Shown piece after piece: positions 60,856-64,000 of a stretch of DNA of 64,000 bases. The translations under genes and the position numbers were made by a program. This DNA comes from an uncultured Collinsella sp. (GTDB lineage Bacteria > Actinomycetota > Coriobacteriia > Coriobacteriales > Coriobacteriaceae). How positions within the stretch are numbered: the first letter of the stretch is position 1; each line of letters opens with the position of its first letter. Location: positions 47,678 through 111,677 of the forward strand of contig UQTU01000001.1 of assembly GCA_900544135.1 (NCBI GenBank), written 5' to 3'. The notes below the pieces were generated by a model, which saw only the letters and a program-made list of their open reading frames with translations, was not told the DNA's origin and ran no database searches.

Positions 60856-61818
60856 GTGGCAGCAGAGACGCCTTGCTCGGTCCTCTATAACGATATTCGC
60901 TCGTTCGGCGGTCTTAAACATCTCGAGATCGCCCGAATGCTCATCAATGGAAACTCTTATCTCGGCAGTACCCTGCTCGAGAAATGCTCTTCCAACCGCT
61001 CGTATCTCACCCGTTACATCGTCCATCGCAAGCCTGACCAGTGCGCGCCCTCCATCTACAGCGACTTTACCGTCACCACGCTCAACCTTTCCTCGGCAAT
61101 CTGCAGCAAGCTCGGCGGCGGCGAGTCCGCCTATCGGGCAATCGCCGAGCACTATCGCGGTCCGGCCGCCAACGAAATGATGTCGGCTCTCGCCAGCTAC
61201 AAACTGGACAGCCGCCTATATGCAAATGCCCTCAATCGCATCGACAACTTTGACGGCAATGCCGTGCGCGAAAAAAGCACGCTCTTCTTGATGCTCTTTG
61301 TGGCAACGGGAGCACTTGCCGATCCCGTTCAAGGCGTGGCCACCGTCGAGCGCTTTTGCGACAGCAAGACGGGCGGGCACTTTGGCACCACCGAAACTAC
61401 CGTCGGACGTGGCTTTATGGGCAGCCTGGAGCAGCCACGCACCGTCGCCCCCAACCTCGGTCTGCTCAGGACACATGCCGACAACTGCGTCGACATGCAA
61501 ATCCATCCCCTCACACGCGATCCGCGCGGCACCGTGATTGGTTCTTTGCCCAAAACCTCGCCCAGCATCACCGATGTGGGCGCCGACGCATCGCGCGAGC
61601 ATCTTCGCATTTGGCTTGAGGGTGAGCACTGGTACGCCCAGGGCCTTGGATCGACCAACGGCACAGTGCTCGAATCGGGCGCGGGCGACGGCGATATCGT
61701 AATCGAGCCGCCCCGCGACCAACGAGAGCCCGGCAAGATCTATCCCCCAGTGGAAATTGAAAACAGCGACAGGCTCCATCTGGGTCTCTACACGACATTC
61801 CTTGTCATTGTGGACTAG
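60856..61818 (+). CDS. FHA-domain-containing protein
   Basis: C-terminal FHA pattern (GRGFMGSLEQP...HLRIWLEGEHWYAQGLGSTNGTVLE...LHLGLYTTFLV). Start taken at the GTG at 60856 with SD AAAGGAGG 5 nt upstream. The tracked 60826 start has no SD. Confidence 0.65.
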   Translation: MAAETPCSVLYNDIRSFGGLKHLEIARMLINGNSYLGSTLLEKCSSNRSYLTRYIVHRKPDQCAPSIYSDFTVTTLNLSSAICSKLGGGESAYRAIAEHYRGPAANEMMSALASYKLDSRLYANALNRIDNFDGNAVREKSTLFLMLFVATGALADPVQGVATVERFCDSKTGGHFGTTETTVGRGFMGSLEQPRTVAPNLGLLRTHADNCVDMQIHPLTRDPRGTVIGSLPKTSPSITDVGADASREHLRIWLEGEHWYAQGLGSTNGTVLESGAGDGDIVIEPPRDQREPGKIYPPVEIENSDRLHLGLYTTFLVIVD

Positions 61819-61820
61819 CG

Positions 61821-61860
61821 CGGGCGGTGATCGAAAGACGGTCACCGCCCGTCTTTTGTC
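61821..61860 (+). terminator. Rho-independent terminator after the FHA gene
   Basis: cgggcggtga, loop tcgaaagacg, gtcaccgccc, followed by gtcttttgtcttc. Confidence 0.6.
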
Positions 61861-61897
61861 TTCTACCTTCTGCGTCGTAAACGACAATACCCAGCGG

Positions 61898-61956
61898 TAT
61901 ACGTGGGCAGTGCGGCTATCATAGTACTTTACCGATATCCGCACTGCCCACGTATA
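61898..61956. repeat. Perfect 18-bp inverted repeat (tatacgtgggcagtgcgg / ccgcactgcccacgtata) with a 23-nt loop, 33 bp upstream of the kinase start
   Basis: Seen directly in the sequence. Lies between the FHA terminator and the kinase ATG at 61990. Confidence 0.6.
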
Positions 61957-61989
61957 CGCGCGGCAACCCATGCCAGACAAAGGAACGCC

Positions 61990-64000
61990 ATGGATACTAC
62001 CGATAGCGCCTATGGCGACAAACTCATCCGTCTCGATACGTTCGATACCGCCGTGGCAGTCGACCCCAGTGCCGAGGACGACGCCAAGCGCCGGTTTATG
62101 ACGCTTATTCTTCAGACGGCATACCGCGACAACGGCAACATCGGGCACGTGCTGCGCGCGACCAACACGAGCGGCGAAGTCTTTGCCGTCAAGCTACTCA
62201 AGGACAACGCCATCCTTTCCGGCCAAGCCCCCGACCGCTCCGCCGAGCAATCGGCCGCGCACCTGGCCAACACCGCCGCGCTGTTCGAGGAGTACCGTCA
62301 TCTGTGTACCGTCTCGCACCTGCGCGGATTTCCGCGCGTCTATGGCTACGGATCGTGCGAGGATGACCCGCTCATCCTCATGGAGTGGGTCGAGGGCACC
62401 TCGCTCAAACAGGCGCTGCCCTTGCTTCCGCACGACACCTCGGGCGGGCTGACCACCCAGATGGTCGCCGCCGTCGGAAACGCCGTGCTTCGTGCGCTCT
62501 TGATGACCCAAGGCCTTGTGAATCCGGTCGTCCATCGCGACCTGTCGCCTGCCAATATCATGTTCCGCACCACCAGCCGAACGCTCGAGCAGCAGATTGC
62601 CGATTGCTCCTTTGACCCCTGCCTCATCGACATGGGCTCCGCGACCATGGCCCTCGGCGACGACACGATCACCCGGCGCGCCGACATCTGGCGCTTTGCC
62701 ACGCCCGCATACGCCGCGCCCGAAATGCTCACGCAGGATATCGAAGGCATTGCGGCCCTTCGCCGTTCGCCGGCAATCGACGTCTATGCGCTTTCGAGCA
62801 TTCTGTACCAGCTCTACAGCGGTCGCAAACCGTTTGACTTTGAGTCGACGGACGCCGCTGCAACCGGCTCGTTCTATCTCGTAAAGACCAAGACCAAGCC
62901 GGCACCGCTCGAGCCGCGCTGCGAGGGCGATGAAGCGCTCGTCCAGATCATCATGAAAGGCATCTCGGTCGAACAGGACAATCGTCCCACCGAGCAGCAG
63001 ATGCTCGAGGTGCTCTCGGCATACCTCACCGATGCCGAATCCGAGGGCCGCGAAGGCGCAGGAGACGAGGCCGCGATTGATATCGATTCTGGCACGCACC
63101 TTAAGGTCGACGTCGCCGGCGAGCGAGCGCGAGAGATCCTGGAGCAGGCCCGGCACGATGCCATGACCCGCCGCCGCTTTATTATCGGTGGCGTTGTCGC
63201 AGCCGTTGCGGGGCTCGGCGTTATCGGGGCCGCAACCCATGGCTTCGGCATCCCCGACTACCTGGACGGCATCCGCGGTACGCTTGACGACTACACCTGG
63301 GATCAGCTGCAGGAGATTTCGCTCAAGATTAAGGCGGCGAAGAGCAACGCCGAAGCTCGCAAGATCGCCAAGCGTTATCATCTGCTCGACGACGACGGCC
63401 GTATTCCCTACCCGAGCACCAAGCGCGTTACGCTCACCAACGGGCTGGAGGTCGGCGCTCAGCTTGTGGGCATCCGTCACGATGAGCTTCTGGACGGGAC
63501 GGGCAAGGCCGGGCTGACGTTTATGTTCGATGCGGGTATTGCCGAGCGCAACGCTGCGGCTGAACCGCCGAGCGCCGGCTGGGCAGATTGCGAGCTGCGG
63601 GAATGGCTCAACGGCGACGGCCTTAAGCTGCTGCCCAACGAGTTGCGCGCACTCATCAAATCCGTCAAAAAGGTCTCGAATAACGTTGGCGCCGCCAACA
63701 GTGCATCGTGTCTGAGCGAGTTGCCCGCAACCCTTTGGCTGCCCGCCATGGTCGAGCTGTGCGGTACGCAACCGCCCGATTCGTTTGCCGAGGACTATCA
63801 CTACCTAGCAGACATCTACAACGGCGAGGGCAAGGAGTATCAGCTCTTCCGCGAGCTCAAGGTGAGCCCGTATTCCACGAACGAGACGATGGTCCGCCAG
63901 TGGAAGGGCAAGGACACCTGCTGGTGGGAGCGCACGGTGAGCCCTGACACATCGGAGAGTGGAGGCACACTCTATTTGAATCGCGTGGGACACGACGGCG
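61990..64000 (+). CDS. Membrane Ser/Thr protein kinase-like protein (kinase domain, one TM helix, extracytoplasmic domain); 3' end outside the window
   Basis: This ORF is open to the window end and therefore absent from the supplied track; it was translated manually in frame 1. Kinase subdomains: FAVKLL (Lys), HRDLSPANIMF (catalytic loop), IDMG (DFG-like) and AYAAPE. The glycine loop is degenerate. TM segment FIIGGVVAAVAGLGVIGA. Confidence 0.7.
   Translation, partial: MDTTDSAYGDKLIRLDTFDTAVAVDPSAEDDAKRRFMTLILQTAYRDNGNIGHVLRATNTSGEVFAVKLLKDNAILSGQAPDRSAEQSAAHLANTAALFEEYRHLCTVSHLRGFPRVYGYGSCEDDPLILMEWVEGTSLKQALPLLPHDTSGGLTTQMVAAVGNAVLRALLMTQGLVNPVVHRDLSPANIMFRTTSRTLEQQIADCSFDPCLIDMGSATMALGDDTITRRADIWRFATPAYAAPEMLTQDIEGIAALRRSPAIDVYALSSILYQLYSGRKPFDFESTDAAATGSFYLVKTKTKPAPLEPRCEGDEALVQIIMKGISVEQDNRPTEQQMLEVLSAYLTDAESEGREGAGDEAAIDIDSGTHLKVDVAGERAREILEQARHDAMTRRRFIIGGVVAAVAGLGVIGAATHGFGIPDYLDGIRGTLDDYTWDQLQEISLKIKAAKSNAEARKIAKRYHLLDDDGRIPYPSTKRVTLTNGLEVGAQLVGIRHDELLDGTGKAGLTFMFDAGIAERNAAAEPPSAGWADCELREWLNGDGLKLLPNELRALIKSVKKVSNNVGAANSASCLSELPATLWLPAMVELCGTQPPDSFAEDYHYLADIYNGEGKEYQLFRELKVSPYSTNETMVRQWKGKDTCWWERTVSPDTSESGGTLYLNRVGHDG

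Noticed and set aside
62194-63801. 535-aa minus-strand ORF in the supplied track
   Set aside because: It is entirely antisense to the plus-strand Ser/Thr kinase gene (61990 to the window end). That gene has clear kinase motifs but is missing from the track because it has no stop inside the window. The minus ORF has no recognisable domain and has the Arg/Ala/Gly-rich composition typical of antisense frames in high-GC DNA.

Overview
This 64-kb window is high-GC (about 60-65%) and most genes are on the minus strand. By gene content it looks like an anaerobic high-GC Gram-positive genome; the taxon is an inference. Inferred features include a class-E-sortase-type LAxTG surface protein, fhs, a superoxide reductase, a flavodoxin/ferredoxin protein and an FHA plus Ser/Thr-kinase pair. 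Housekeeping content: fhs, ruvCAB, dnaE, addAB-type helicase-nuclease, cysK with an Rrf2 regulator, mnmA, an M42 peptidase, an Fe-alcohol dehydrogenase, a YgiQ radical-SAM protein, an alpha-glucoside PTS operon (EIIA, BglG/LicT antiterminator, EIICB, GH4 6-phospho-glucosidase), a DEAD-box helicase with a long RGG tail, and an FHA protein followed by a membrane Ser/Thr kinase that runs off the 3' end. The most interesting part is a lower-GC island at about 1.5-12.6 kb. It holds a DUF1016/YhcG-type PD-(D/E)XK nuclease, an ADP-ribosylglycohydrolase and a small ORF, then a Type I restriction-modification locus (hsdR, hsdM, hsdS). That locus carries a built-in specificity-switching module: a tyrosine recombinase translationally coupled to a half-hsdS cassette, a second silent TRD cassette, and four copies of a ~20-bp imperfect palindrome sitting inside the coding regions of the conserved HsdS helices. 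In the sequenced state both methylation/specificity genes are broken: hsdM has an in-frame TAA and hsdS is frameshifted in a C6 homopolymer. Other non-genic structure: a family of ~70-bp perfect palindromes at gene 3' ends (three copies, two bracketing a HipA-like kinase with an N-terminal HTH), two paralogous ~240-bp inverted-repeat-bounded elements, a cluster of inverted 17-mers upstream of the FHA gene, a nested ~120-bp palindrome, and a catalytically degenerate NadE-like protein. Many long plus-strand ORFs in the supplied track are antisense shadows of real minus-strand genes and were rejected.
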